Shown here: positions 19,524 through 32,442 of the stretch, piece by piece | How the letters are laid out: each line of letters starts with the position of its first letter | How positions within the stretch are numbered: position 1 is the stretch's first letter | Source of the DNA: Candidatus Aminicenantes bacterium | GTDB lineage: Bacteria > Acidobacteriota > Aminicenantia > Aminicenantales > Saccharicenantaceae | Assembly (NCBI GenBank): GCA_014360015.1 | Contig: JACIYJ010000003.1 | Coordinates: forward strand, 210,733-274,732 | Direction of reading: 5' to 3' | DNA length: 64,000 bases | Position numbers and translations under genes: made by a program | The notes under the pieces: generated by a model | What the model saw: only the letters and a program-made list of their open reading frames with translations | Database searches by the model: none | What the model was told of the DNA's origin: nothing

Positions 19524-20171
19524 TTATTTGAGGGAGACTTTTTTCCAGTCCTGAAGAAATCTTTCAATACCGATATCGGTCAGGGGGTGCTTGACCAGTT
19601 TTTCCATCACTGAATATGGCACAGTGGCGATATGGGCCCCGATGAGAGCTGCTTCCACCACATGCCCGGGGTGGCGGACACTGGCCACGATAACCTCTGT
19701 TTCCAGGTTATAATTTTCAAAAATGGCCACAATTTGCTCGACCAGCTCCATTCCGTGGTGAGAAACATCATCCAGCCGGCCGATAAATGGACTGACAAAA
19801 GCGGCCCCGGCTTTGGCCGCTAAAAGGGCTTGAGAAGGAGAGAAAATCAGAGTCATATTGACCTTAATTCCTTCAGCCGAAAGAATCTTGGTGGCTTTAA
19901 GTCCTTCAATATTAACTGGAATCTTGACCACCACGTTCGGAGCTAACTGGCAGAGTTTTCTGGCCTCCTGGACAAGGTCTTCGGCTCTGGTTGAAACGCA
20001 CTCGACACTCACCGGACCAGGAACCAGATGACAAATCTCTCTGACCAGGTCTTCAAAGGGCAAATTTTCCCTGGAACAGAGTGTGGGATTGGTCGTAACT
20101 CCGTCCAGAATACCCCAGCTCACAACTTCTCTAATTTCCTGAAGATTGGCTGTATCCAGAAATAGTTTCAT
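19524..20171 (-). CDS. tal: Short-type transaldolase / fructose-6-phosphate aldolase family
   Basis: [24 protein letters not shown]-terminus and Schiff-base lysine context VVKIP. 215 aa. Confidence 0.9.
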   Translation of the reverse strand: MKLFLDTANLQEIREVVSWGILDGVTTNPTLCSRENLPFEDLVREICHLVPGPVSVECVSTRAEDLVQEARKLCQLAPNVVVKIPVNIEGLKATKILSAEGIKVNMTLIFSPSQALLAAKAGAAFVSPFIGRLDDVSHHGMELVEQIVAIFENYNLETEVIVASVRHPGHVVEAALIGAHIATVPYSVMEKLVKHPLTDIGIERFLQDWKKVSLK

Positions 20172-20944
20172 CCTGCCTCCTTAATTTTATTTTTTACGAT
20201 GTTTGATAATGTTCCAATTCCTTCAATCTGGACATCCACCCGGTCACCTGGTTGCATCGGTCCAACTCCGGCCGGGGTGCCGGTGGCAATCACGTCTCCA
20301 GGCTCGAGGGTCATGATTTTGGAGATATACCTGATTAAAAATGGCACAGGGAAAATCATATTTCTGGTGTTGCCCGATTGGACCAGCTGGCCGTTGAGAA
20401 ACGTTTTCAGGTGAACGGCAGTCGGGTCCAGGTCAGTTACCAGACAGGGTCCGATAGGAGCAAAGGTGTCGAAAGACTTGGCTCGAGTAAACTGAACATC
20501 TTTTAACTGCAAATCTCTGGCTGTCACATCGTTGAAACAAGCGTACCCAAGAACATAGTCCTGCCAGTTGTCTCGTTCGGATAAATTCTTGGCTTTTTTC
20601 TTGATTATCACTGCCAGTTCGCCTTCATAATCAACTCTCTGGGACATCTCAGGATAAACTATGGCCTGGTTGGGTCCGATTATGGCACTGGGCGGTTTTA
20701 AGAATAGCAGTGGCTCAGGCGGAACCTGATTGCCCAGCTCTTCAGCATGTTCCCGGTAATTCCGGCCAACGCAGACTATCTTTGAGGGACAGACCGGAGG
20801 GAGAAGCGTAACTTCAGCAATGGGAATAGCGCTGTCTTCTATCCGGAAATCCTTGAAAATTGACCCTTTGACCGGAAAAAGGACTTCCTCCTTCAAGATT
20901 CCATACATGATTCTTTTACGATAGCGAAAACGATAAATCTTCAT
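20168..20944 (-). CDS. Fumarylacetoacetate hydrolase (FAH) family protein
   Basis: [23 protein letters not shown] and [13 protein letters not shown] are typical FAH-family motifs. Confidence 0.85.
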   Translation of the reverse strand: MKIYRFRYRKRIMYGILKEEVLFPVKGSIFKDFRIEDSAIPIAEVTLLPPVCPSKIVCVGRNYREHAEELGNQVPPEPLLFLKPPSAIIGPNQAIVYPEMSQRVDYEGELAVIIKKKAKNLSERDNWQDYVLGYACFNDVTARDLQLKDVQFTRAKSFDTFAPIGPCLVTDLDPTAVHLKTFLNGQLVQSGNTRNMIFPVPFLIRYISKIMTLEPGDVIATGTPAGVGPMQPGDRVDVQIEGIGTLSNIVKNKIKEAG

Positions 20945-20948
20945 TTTT

Positions 20949-21998
20949 TCAAGTTCTTACCTGAATTTTTTCCGGCGGACTCTCGTTCCCCGATTTATCC
21001 ACCGAGGTTATAGAATAAACATAGAGACAATTCTTTTCAACTGAACTGTCATGGAAAATCGGGTTTAGAAGCAGCTCTGCAGTCAAAAGAAGTGGTCGGA
21101 TTTCGCCTTCTTTTAACCGGTATACCCTGTATCCAGCCAGATCATTTTCCCGATTCGGTAACCATGACAGCCTGACTCCATCCCCACTGACTATGGCCTG
21201 GATCTCAGCCGGCGGCTCAGGCGGGAAGATATCTCTGGCAGTTATTTCGACGATTTCCGAATCTTCACTTTCCCTGAGATCTGACACGCTTCCAGACACG
21301 GCTCTGACCAGATAGCGATAGGTCTGTCCGAAAGAAAAATTCCGGTCTTCATAGGCTGGTTCGGTCAACAGGGCTGTGTTTATTTTTTGAAAGTCACCGC
21401 CAGAGGACCGGTAAACATTAAAACCTCTGATTTCAGCCATCGTTTTTCCGTCGAAACAATAAATTGGCGGCTGCCAGCTGAGAAAAATTTTATTCTCAAA
21501 ACATTCAGCTTTAACCTTTTCAGGCGGCAAAGGTAAAAGCAATAGCCTTAGCTCAACCAGGTTGGAAAATTCCGACCAGTCACCCTTTTTGCCCTTTACC
21601 CTCAACCCGAAAACAAATTTTCTCCCTATGGATCTTTCTGGATCCAGGTTCAAGACGGCCCCACTGTTTCTAATCTCAAACTGTCCAATTTTCAGCTCTG
21701 CCAGGGGTCGGGCTTTCCTGGAAAATTCAGCTCTGCCTGGCTCATGACCACTCTGTTCACCTGCTATCTCCACAGCCCTGATTTCAGTATTAGATACTTC
21801 TAAAGGATTACCATCAAGGTAGCTGACAGGGTTGGTCCAGGAGAAAAAAAGTTTCGCCCCTCTCTGAACTATCTTAAAATCCTCAACCTTGTGAGGAGCT
21901 CTGGGCACCGGTTCCTGAAGAGGGCCCTTTCGACCGCAACCAGAACAAAAGATAATCACCAAACAGGCGAAAAAAGCCAGTAAAAGTTTTTTCATCAA
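20949..21998 (-). CDS. Lipoprotein with FN3-like repeats (hypothetical)
   Basis: Lipobox FCSGC after the signal peptide, plus repeated motifs such as LSW.P........GY.VYR typical of fibronectin type III domains. Confidence 0.5.
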   Translation of the reverse strand: MMKKLLLAFFACLVIIFCSGCGRKGPLQEPVPRAPHKVEDFKIVQRGAKLFFSWTNPVSYLDGNPLEVSNTEIRAVEIAGEQSGHEPGRAEFSRKARPLAELKIGQFEIRNSGAVLNLDPERSIGRKFVFGLRVKGKKGDWSEFSNLVELRLLLLPLPPEKVKAECFENKIFLSWQPPIYCFDGKTMAEIRGFNVYRSSGGDFQKINTALLTEPAYEDRNFSFGQTYRYLVRAVSGSVSDLRESEDSEIVEITARDIFPPEPPAEIQAIVSGDGVRLSWLPNRENDLAGYRVYRLKEGEIRPLLLTAELLLNPIFHDSSVEKNCLYVYSITSVDKSGNESPPEKIQVRT

Positions 21999-23395
21999 AG
22001 GATGAATTTCCGTAAATCCTGGTCCTTGAGAATCTCACTCAGTTGTTTCTGGACATATTCCCTGGTAATAACGATCTTTTTGTTGGCCAGGTTAGGAGCT
22101 TCAAAGGAAATGTCTTCCATCACTTTTTCCATCACCGTGTGAAGACGCCGAGCTCCGATGTTTTCTGATTCTTCATTGACTTTCTCAGCAATCGCCGCTA
22201 TTTCTTCTATGGCCTCAGGAGTGAATTCTATCTGAACTCCTTCTGTGGCCAGCAGAGCTTTATACTGTTTGATTAAAGCATTCTCGGTTTCAGTCAGAAT
22301 CCGGACAAAATCATCCTTGTTGAGTGGGGTCAATTCTACTCTTATCGGAAAACGTCCTTGAAGCTCAGGAATAAGGTCTGAAGGTTTGGTGACATGAAAA
22401 GCACCAGCTGCAATGAACAGGATATGGTCAGTCCGCACCAGCCCGAACCTGGTGCTGACCGTGGTGCCTTCAATTATCGGCAGCAGGTCTCTCTGCACTC
22501 CTTCCCGGCTGACATCTGGGCCAACTCCAGATTCCCGACCAGCAATTTTATCCAGCTCATCTAAGAAGATTATCCCTGATTGTTCGACTCTTTCTATGGC
22601 CAGCTTGGCCACCTGGTCCATATCAACCAGCCTTTTTTCTTCATCTTCGAGAAGAATCTCCCGGGCTTCTTTGATTTTGACCCGTCGCTTTTTAGTCCGA
22701 CCACCCAGAAAACCTGGAATTATTTCTTGAATCTGGATGCCAATTTCTTCGAAGCCGTTGGTGGAAATGAATTCAAACGGTGGAACTGGCTTTTCCTTAA
22801 CTTCTATTTCTATAAAACGTTCATCCAGAAGTCCGGCCCGCAGCTGGCGTCTGAGTTTTTCCCTGGTCTCCTGAAATCTTTTCTGGTCTTCAGGCGTGGA
22901 ACCCGTGTCGCGGCGACGGTTATGGGGTAATAAGATATCGAGGATTTTTTCTTCAACGTTGGCTTTGGCCTTAGCTTCAATTTCCTTGACTTTCTCCTGC
23001 TTGACCATGTCCACAGCAATTCTGACCAGGTCCCTGATCATCGACTCCACATCCCGACCCACATAGCCCACCTCAGTAAACCGGCTGGCTTCAATCTTCA
23101 GGAAAGGAGAAGAGGTCAGCTTGGCTAAACGTCTGGAAATCTCGGTCTTGCCCACACCCGTGGGCCCGATCATCAGAATGTTTTTAGGCGAGATTTCATC
23201 AGCCAGCTCGGGTGGAAGCTTGCGGCGGCGAAAACGGTTTCTCAAAGCGATAGCCACCGCCTTTTTGGCCGCTTTCTGGCCGATGATGTATTTGTCCAGT
23301 TCAGCCACGATTTCCTGCGGGGTTAATTCATTATTCATGTCCCGGGAAATCAGGTCTTCAGTTTTGATTACTTTGCCTTCAAGTTCAACCGTCAT
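21995..23395 (-). CDS. hslU: ATP-dependent protease ATPase subunit HslU
   Basis: [29 protein letters not shown] and Walker [11 protein letters not shown]. The ATG overlaps the hslV stop (CTGATG). Confidence 0.95.
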   Translation of the reverse strand: MTVELEGKVIKTEDLISRDMNNELTPQEIVAELDKYIIGQKAAKKAVAIALRNRFRRRKLPPELADEISPKNILMIGPTGVGKTEISRRLAKLTSSPFLKIEASRFTEVGYVGRDVESMIRDLVRIAVDMVKQEKVKEIEAKAKANVEEKILDILLPHNRRRDTGSTPEDQKRFQETREKLRRQLRAGLLDERFIEIEVKEKPVPPFEFISTNGFEEIGIQIQEIIPGFLGGRTKKRRVKIKEAREILLEDEEKRLVDMDQVAKLAIERVEQSGIIFLDELDKIAGRESGVGPDVSREGVQRDLLPIIEGTTVSTRFGLVRTDHILFIAAGAFHVTKPSDLIPELQGRFPIRVELTPLNKDDFVRILTETENALIKQYKALLATEGVQIEFTPEAIEEIAAIAEKVNEESENIGARRLHTVMEKVMEDISFEAPNLANKKIVITREYVQKQLSEILKDQDLRKFIL

Positions 23396-23922
23396 CAGAG
23401 CTCCTCTACCGTAAAATTATCATTGGTATAAATACAGATTTCCGAGGCAATTCTCAGGGCCTCGAGGGCAATGTCCTTAGCGGAAAGGTCAGTATGCTTG
23501 ATTAAAGCTCTGGCCGCAGCTAAGGCATAAGGTCCTCCCGAACCGACCGCTATTATGCCATCATCAGGCTCCACCACATCCCCTGTTCCTGAGATAAGAA
23601 AGGTGCTGTTTTCATCAGCCACTACCAGCAGGGCATCTAACTGACGCAATGATTTATCCAGACGCCAGTCTTTCGCCAGCTCAATGGCTGCCCGGGAAAG
23701 GTTCCCCCGGTATTCTTCCAGCTTGGCTTCAAAGCGAGCAAACAGGGCAAAGGCATCAGAAGTGGCTCCAGCAAAACCCGCTAAAATTTTGCCCTTATAG
23801 AGGCGTCTGACTTTCTGGGCTGTGCTCTTGAGCACAGTCTGACCAAGGGTTACCTGGCCATCACCGGCCATGACCACCTGGCCATTATGCCTGATACAGA
23901 TTACTGTTGTTGACCTGATCAT
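23395..23922 (-). CDS. hslV: ATP-dependent protease subunit HslV
   Basis: [25 protein letters not shown], with the N-terminal Thr nucleophile context. 175 aa. Confidence 0.95.
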   Translation of the reverse strand: MIRSTTVICIRHNGQVVMAGDGQVTLGQTVLKSTAQKVRRLYKGKILAGFAGATSDAFALFARFEAKLEEYRGNLSRAAIELAKDWRLDKSLRQLDALLVVADENSTFLISGTGDVVEPDDGIIAVGSGGPYALAAARALIKHTDLSAKDIALEALRIASEICIYTNDNFTVEEL

Positions 23923-24251
23923 GTATCATCACCTTTGATGTTTAAATTATACAATAAAAGCCTCTGGCTTGTAAGCCAGCCCGCGGATTGGAGCCAGGAA
24001 CCAATAAAGCCCTAACCTGAGCCTTATTCACGGGATTATGCGCCTTTATCTCTTAGCGCCTGCAGCGTTTAAGACCAGAGATCTTCATTGAAAAAGTTTA
24101 TTCGATAAATACGGTCATCATCTCCATTTTTTCATTTTTGCCTTAACAAAAAGCCGACAATTGAAGTATCATGATGTTGAGAGCAGCGAGAAATGCACTT
24201 ATCTGCTATTATCCTCACCTTTTTTTCGCCCGGTTTTTGTGATATTAAATT

Positions 24252-24285
24252 TTTTACTGAGGTGATGATTTTACTGAGGTGATGA
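24252..24285 (+). repeat. Perfect 17 bp tandem duplication (TTTTACTGAGGTGATGA x2) covering the ribosome-binding region of the next gene
   Basis: Read directly: 24252-24268 is identical to 24269-24285, ending 1 nt before ATG 24287. Confidence 0.9.
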
Positions 24286-24286
24286 G

Positions 24287-25207
24287 ATGGAAGCACTAAC
24301 ACTGGTTATTATGGCCGCGGGCATAGGCAGCCGTTATGGCGGCCTGAAACAGGTTGATCCCATCGGCCCGAACGGCGAAATAATCATTGATTACTCCCTT
24401 TTTGATGCTCGGAGAGCCGGGATTGAACACGTTGTTTTTATCATCCGCCATGACTTAGAACAGGTATTCAAGGAAAAAATCGGCAATCGGGCAGAACAAT
24501 ATTTTAAGGTTTCTTATGTGTTTCAGGAACTGGATATGGCTTTGCCGCCGGGTTTTAAGGTGCCTGCAGAAAGGACTAAACCCTGGGGAACCGGACAGGC
24601 TGTTCTGCTCTGTCGGCCTGTGATTTCAGGAAATTTTCTGGTCATCAATGCTGATGACTTTTATGGATATGAGGCCATAAAAAGGCTGGCCGATTATATG
24701 AGAGGGGTTAAGGATGAACCCGCTCATTACAATTACGCCATGGTTGGCTACCGTCTCGGCAATACTCTCTCCGAGTACGGACATGTGGCCCGGGGTATCT
24801 GCAAGATATCGGAAGACGGCTACCTTATGGACCTGCGCGAAAGGACCAAAGTCCAGAAATTTCCTGACGGCATCAAATACACTGAAGATGGCCAGATCTG
24901 GCATCCGCTGTCGCCCGATGATATCGCTTCAATGAACATTTTTGGCCTGACGCCGAGCATTTTCGATGAACTTGAGGCCCGTTTTCACAGTTTTCTCAAT
25001 CAACCAACTACTGACCTTTTAAAATCTGAGTTTTATATTCCCGAGGTAATAGGAGCCTTAGCCCGGGAGAAAAAAGCTAAAGTGCGAGTCTTAACTACCG
25101 AGGAGCGCTGGTTTGGAGTTACTTACCAACAGGACAGGCCCTGGGTTCAAGCCGGATTGCGACAGCTAATAAAAGAGGGCCGATATCCTGAAAAACTCTG
25201 GGATTAA
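24287..25207 (+). CDS. Sugar-phosphate nucleotidyltransferase family protein
   Basis: The N-terminal MAAGIGSRYGGLKQ (G-x-G-x-R) signature and INADDFYG are typical of NTP_transferase-fold enzymes. The substrate is unknown. Confidence 0.75.
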   Translation: MEALTLVIMAAGIGSRYGGLKQVDPIGPNGEIIIDYSLFDARRAGIEHVVFIIRHDLEQVFKEKIGNRAEQYFKVSYVFQELDMALPPGFKVPAERTKPWGTGQAVLLCRPVISGNFLVINADDFYGYEAIKRLADYMRGVKDEPAHYNYAMVGYRLGNTLSEYGHVARGICKISEDGYLMDLRERTKVQKFPDGIKYTEDGQIWHPLSPDDIASMNIFGLTPSIFDELEARFHSFLNQPTTDLLKSEFYIPEVIGALAREKKAKVRVLTTEERWFGVTYQQDRPWVQAGLRQLIKEGRYPEKLWD

Positions 25208-25351
25208 GTTTGAAATTCCTCCTTGGACTTTTCCTGCAATAAAAGATAATTTTCGAAAAATGATCTTTTGGGAAAGAAAAATTCTAGGAAAAAAGTTCTT
25301 TTCTCTTATCTTTAATCAAACATTTTAACCACTCGATTTATTTCATTTTTC

Positions 25352-25381
25352 TTGACACCTGCCAGTTAAAGAAAATATTAT
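25352..25381 (+). promoter_or_regulatory. Candidate promoter for the GH2 gene
   Basis: TTGACA (25352-25357), an 18 nt spacer, then TATTAT (25376-25381), about 55 nt upstream of the start. Confidence 0.3.
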
Positions 25382-25407
25382 TTACCAGGAAAAAACTTTG
25401 CCTCTAA

Positions 25408-28833
<3,426 letters not shown>

Positions 28834-28903
28834 GAGGAAATGCTCTTATTCGTTTCTTGATTTTTTCTTTTGCCGGGACAGCCGGCCGAATAGTTTTCTT
28901 GGG

Positions 28904-28938
28904 CAAATTGGTGACAGGCTACTCATTTCCCTATTTCC
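28904..28938 (+). repeat. Diverged copy of the dispersed repeat
   Basis: CAAATTGGTGACAGGCTACTCATTTCCCTATTTCC. A still weaker relative may lie at about 28985-29028. Confidence 0.6.
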
Positions 28939-29254
28939 TTGCTGTTTCCATGAAAACACCGCGGCTTCAAGGAAAAAAGGAAAGAAAAGCGGGACACACT
29001 CTCGCCTTCTCAATATTCCTGGCAAAAAGGCTATTAAACTCTCCTGGTCGCTTCATTTGTACCGTTATACCCATAATAAATTGCCCATTTTGAATTTCAT
29101 GAATATTAGATTTGATGTCCGGCTGAAAATATTGATATAAATAAATCTTTAATTCACTAAACCCAGGAAGAATGTTTTGAGGCGATAATAATAAGAGGAT
29201 AAAATTTTAAAACAGAAAAAGGATTTATTTTTTGGATAAAATAAGGAGACAATA

Positions 29255-31969
29255 ATGAAGACTAAAAAGATAGTCAGTGTTACGTTTCTTATATTCGTAA
29301 CATTTTTAACTTTACTTTTTCTTTCAGGGGACAACCTTAAAGCTAAAGACACAGCCGGCAAATCCGCCTCGCCGAGCAAACAGGATAAAAAATTAAATCC
29401 TGCTCAATTACCTTTTATGAACCCGGACCTTCCCCCGGAGGAAAGGGCCGCTGATGTCGTCAGCCGGCTGACGCTTGAGGAAAAAATAAGTCAGCTGATG
29501 AATGACGCTCCAGCCATAGACCGCCTGGGCATCCCAAAATACAACTGGTGGAATGAATGTCTGCATGGCGTGGCCCGCGCCGGTCTGGCCACCGTCTTCC
29601 CGCAATCGATCGGCCTGGCTGCCACCTGGGACACAGACCTTATGTTCCAGGTCGCCACAGCCATATCCGATGAAGCCCGGGCCAAGCACCATGAAGCCGT
29701 TCGCCGCGGCCAACGAGGCATCTACCAGGGGTTGACCTTCTGGTCGCCCAACATCAACCTCTTCCGTGACCCGCGCTGGGGCCGTGGCATGGAAACCTAT
29801 GGTGAAGACCCTTATCTTGCCGGCACCATGGCCGTAAGCTTCATCCGCGGGCTTCAGGGCAACCATCCCAGATATTTTAAGGTCATCGCCACGGCCAAGC
29901 ACTACGCTGTCCACAGCGGACCGGAGCCTGACCGCCACACTTTTGACGCCGTGGTTGATTTTCCCACGCTCCGCAGCAGCTATCTGCCTCACTTTGAAAT
30001 GGCTGTCCGCGAGGGCGGTGCTTACTCTGTGATGTGCGCCTACAACCGCTTCCTGGGACTTCCCTGCTGTGGCAGCCCGCTGCTTCTCTCTGACATCCTG
30101 CGCCACGAGTGGGGGTTTCAGGGCTATGTGGTTTCCGACTGCGACGCTGTTGACGACATCTACGCCACCCACAAGCTCGTCCCAACCCTGGCCGAGGCTG
30201 CTGCCATGGCTCTCAAAGCTGGCACTGACCTTAACTGCGGCCGGGCCTATTCTGCCCTGCTCGAAGCCGTAAAGAAAGGCCTGGTGGATGAAGCTACCGT
30301 CGACACGGCGGTAAAAAGGCTTTTTGTGGCCCGTTTTCGCCTCGGGATGTTTGACCCGCAAGAGCGTGTTCCCTATGCCAGCATTCCTTATTCAGTGGTT
30401 GATTCTCCTGCTCACCGCGGCCTTGCTCTGGAAGCCGCCAGAAAATCCATAGTCCTGCTTCAAAACCGCGGTGATGTCCTTCCCCTGCCCAAATCCATCA
30501 AAACCTTAGCCGTCATCGGTCCCAACGCCGACGACGTGGAAGTCCTGCTCGGTAACTATAACGGATTCCCGGCCGAACCCATTACGCCGCTCCGGGGCCT
30601 CCGCCAAAAGCTCGGCTCTGGGACCGAAATAATTTACGAGCCAGGAACCGACTGGGCGGAAGGAATTCCGGTGCTGACAGTCATCCCTTCGGAATTCCTC
30701 AAGCCCGCTCCTGACTCGTCTGAAAACGGCCTTAAAGCTGAATATTTCAGCAACCAGGAATTTAAAGGGAAGCCAGTAACCACCAGAATAGACCCGGCCG
30801 TTGACTTCAACTGGTGGGAAGAAGCGCCACTCCCTTCACTCGACCCCGACAATTTCAGCATCCGCTGGACCGGCTGGCTCTTCCCGCCAGAAACCGGTGA
30901 TTACTACATCGGAGGTGAAGGTTTTAACACTTTCAGAATTTTTCTCGATGGCCAGCTCATGGCCGCCTACAACGGCACCCACGAAACGCATAAAGCTTAC
31001 AAAAAAGTCCATCTGGAAAAAGGAAAGCCTGCGGCTCTGAAGATTGAATTCAGCCATCGGGCCCGCACTGCCCGCATGCACCTTCTCTGGAAAAAGCCGG
31101 CACCTGACGCCCTGGAGCGAGCCATCGCTTCGGCCCGGCGAGCTGAAGCTGTGGTCCTTTTCCTCGGGCTTTCCCCGCGTCTTGAAGGCGAAGAAATGGA
31201 TGTGCCGGTCAAAGGCTTCAAAGGTGGCGACCGCCTGACACTTAACCTACCCGAAAATCAGGAGAGGCTTCTCCAAGAAGTGGCCAGAGCCGCTGACGGC
31301 AAGCCGGTAGTGCTGGTTCTTTTAAACGGCAGTCCACTTTCTATCAACCGGGCGGTTGAGCTGGTGCCGGCCATTGTGGAAGCCTGGTATCCCGGTCAGG
31401 CTGCCGGGCAGGCCATTGCTGATGTGCTTTTCGGTGATTACAATCCAGCCGGACGTTTGCCCGTGACTTTTTATAAATCCGCCGACGACCTGCCAGCGTT
31501 TACCGACTACCGAATGGAAGGTCGCACCTACCGTTACTTTAAGAAGGAGCCGCTCTTTCCGTTTGGTTACGGCCTGAGTTATACCCGCTTCCGCTACTCC
31601 GGACTCACCGTGCCCAAAACCATCAAGCCCGGCGAAGAACTGACCATTTCTGTTGAGGTGAAAAACACAGGCCCGCGTGATGGCGAAGAAGTAGTCCAGG
31701 TTTATCTCAGCCGGCCCGATTCTAAATCGCCGGTCAACCCGATTCGCTGGCTGGCAGCTTACCGCCGCATCTTCCTTCGCACCGGCGAAAAACAGAAAGT
31801 CACTCTAACCATACGCCCGCGAGAAATGATGACTTACGATGGCAACGGCCAGCCCATCATAGAACCTGGCCCGCTGGTGGTTTCAGTTGGTGGTCAGCAG
31901 CCCGGCTTCACCGGCCGCCTCTCCTCCCCAACCACTTCCGTCCTGATCACCAAGGCAACAATAAAATAA
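29255..31969 (+). CDS. bglX: GH3 beta-glucosidase/beta-xylosidase with inserted PA14 domain, secreted
   Basis: 904 aa. Signal peptide, GH3 motifs (NWWNECLHG, KHYA.H, GYVVSDC with the Asp nucleophile), a PA14-like insert (GLKAEYF..W.G.L.PPETGDY) and a C-terminal Fn3-like domain. Confidence 0.9.
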   Translation: MKTKKIVSVTFLIFVTFLTLLFLSGDNLKAKDTAGKSASPSKQDKKLNPAQLPFMNPDLPPEERAADVVSRLTLEEKISQLMNDAPAIDRLGIPKYNWWNECLHGVARAGLATVFPQSIGLAATWDTDLMFQVATAISDEARAKHHEAVRRGQRGIYQGLTFWSPNINLFRDPRWGRGMETYGEDPYLAGTMAVSFIRGLQGNHPRYFKVIATAKHYAVHSGPEPDRHTFDAVVDFPTLRSSYLPHFEMAVREGGAYSVMCAYNRFLGLPCCGSPLLLSDILRHEWGFQGYVVSDCDAVDDIYATHKLVPTLAEAAAMALKAGTDLNCGRAYSALLEAVKKGLVDEATVDTAVKRLFVARFRLGMFDPQERVPYASIPYSVVDSPAHRGLALEAARKSIVLLQNRGDVLPLPKSIKTLAVIGPNADDVEVLLGNYNGFPAEPITPLRGLRQKLGSGTEIIYEPGTDWAEGIPVLTVIPSEFLKPAPDSSENGLKAEYFSNQEFKGKPVTTRIDPAVDFNWWEEAPLPSLDPDNFSIRWTGWLFPPETGDYYIGGEGFNTFRIFLDGQLMAAYNGTHETHKAYKKVHLEKGKPAALKIEFSHRARTARMHLLWKKPAPDALERAIASARRAEAVVLFLGLSPRLEGEEMDVPVKGFKGGDRLTLNLPENQERLLQEVARAADGKPVVLVLLNGSPLSINRAVELVPAIVEAWYPGQAAGQAIADVLFGDYNPAGRLPVTFYKSADDLPAFTDYRMEGRTYRYFKKEPLFPFGYGLSYTRFRYSGLTVPKTIKPGEELTISVEVKNTGPRDGEEVVQVYLSRPDSKSPVNPIRWLAAYRRIFLRTGEKQKVTLTIRPREMMTYDGNGQPIIEPGPLVVSVGGQQPGFTGRLSSPTTSVLITKATIK

Positions 31970-32001
31970 AACAGTGACGCCCTACACGTTTCCTAATTTT
32001 C
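31968..32001 (+). repeat. Dispersed-repeat copy starting inside the GH3 stop codon
   Basis: AAAACAGTGACGCCCTACACGTTTCCTAATTTTC. Confidence 0.85.
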
Positions 32002-32407
32002 CCAGAAGATATTAGCAAACAAGGAACATCTGAAAATTACGGACAACTATGTGCGCCCCGTGTTAAGTATTTGTATAAATTTTTCAAAGAACCAAGTAAA
32101 AACTATTCGGCTTTGTTGATGGCAATATATAGATTCGAGTGAATGGCTAGCAATCACAATCTCGGCTTTCACAATCGAATCATGGCTAGATAATCTCTAT
32201 TTCTTATTTTTTTATTAAAAATCTATAGCCCTATGCATTTCCCGATTTTATGTATATAAAAGCGCGCTGATAAGCTCAAATTTTATTGACAAGAATTGGC
32301 ACCCTTTTCTCTTCAGATTACCACTCAAGGAAGTGAAAAGCAGGAAACATATAATTCCCCCTCAACTTAGCAATGACCATAGATTGCCTCGCACTCTAAC
32401 TAAGTTG

Positions 32408-32442
32408 AAAAATCAGGAAATATGTAGGGCGTCACCATTTTT
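32408..32442 (-). repeat. Dispersed-repeat copy (minus orientation) abutting the M61 stop codon
   Basis: The reverse complement reads AAAAATGGTGACGCCCTACATATTTCCTGATTTTT. Confidence 0.85.

Noticed and set aside
23923-24251. Possible small RNA or dif/xer site in the 360 bp hslV upstream region (hairpins CTGGCT-TGTA-AGCCAG and GGCGC..GCGCC)
   Set aside because: The stems are short (5-6 bp) and match no ncRNA or dif consensus that I can recognise. There is not enough evidence to call a feature.
29408-31238. Many long ORFs on both strands inside the GH3 gene (e.g. 29408-30361 minus, 317 aa; 29883-30185; 30801-31040)
   Set aside because: They are typical stop-poor shadow ORFs of GC-rich DNA, with Arg/Ala/Gly/Pro-rich low-complexity translations and no SD. 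They are fully contained in a gene with clear GH3 motifs.
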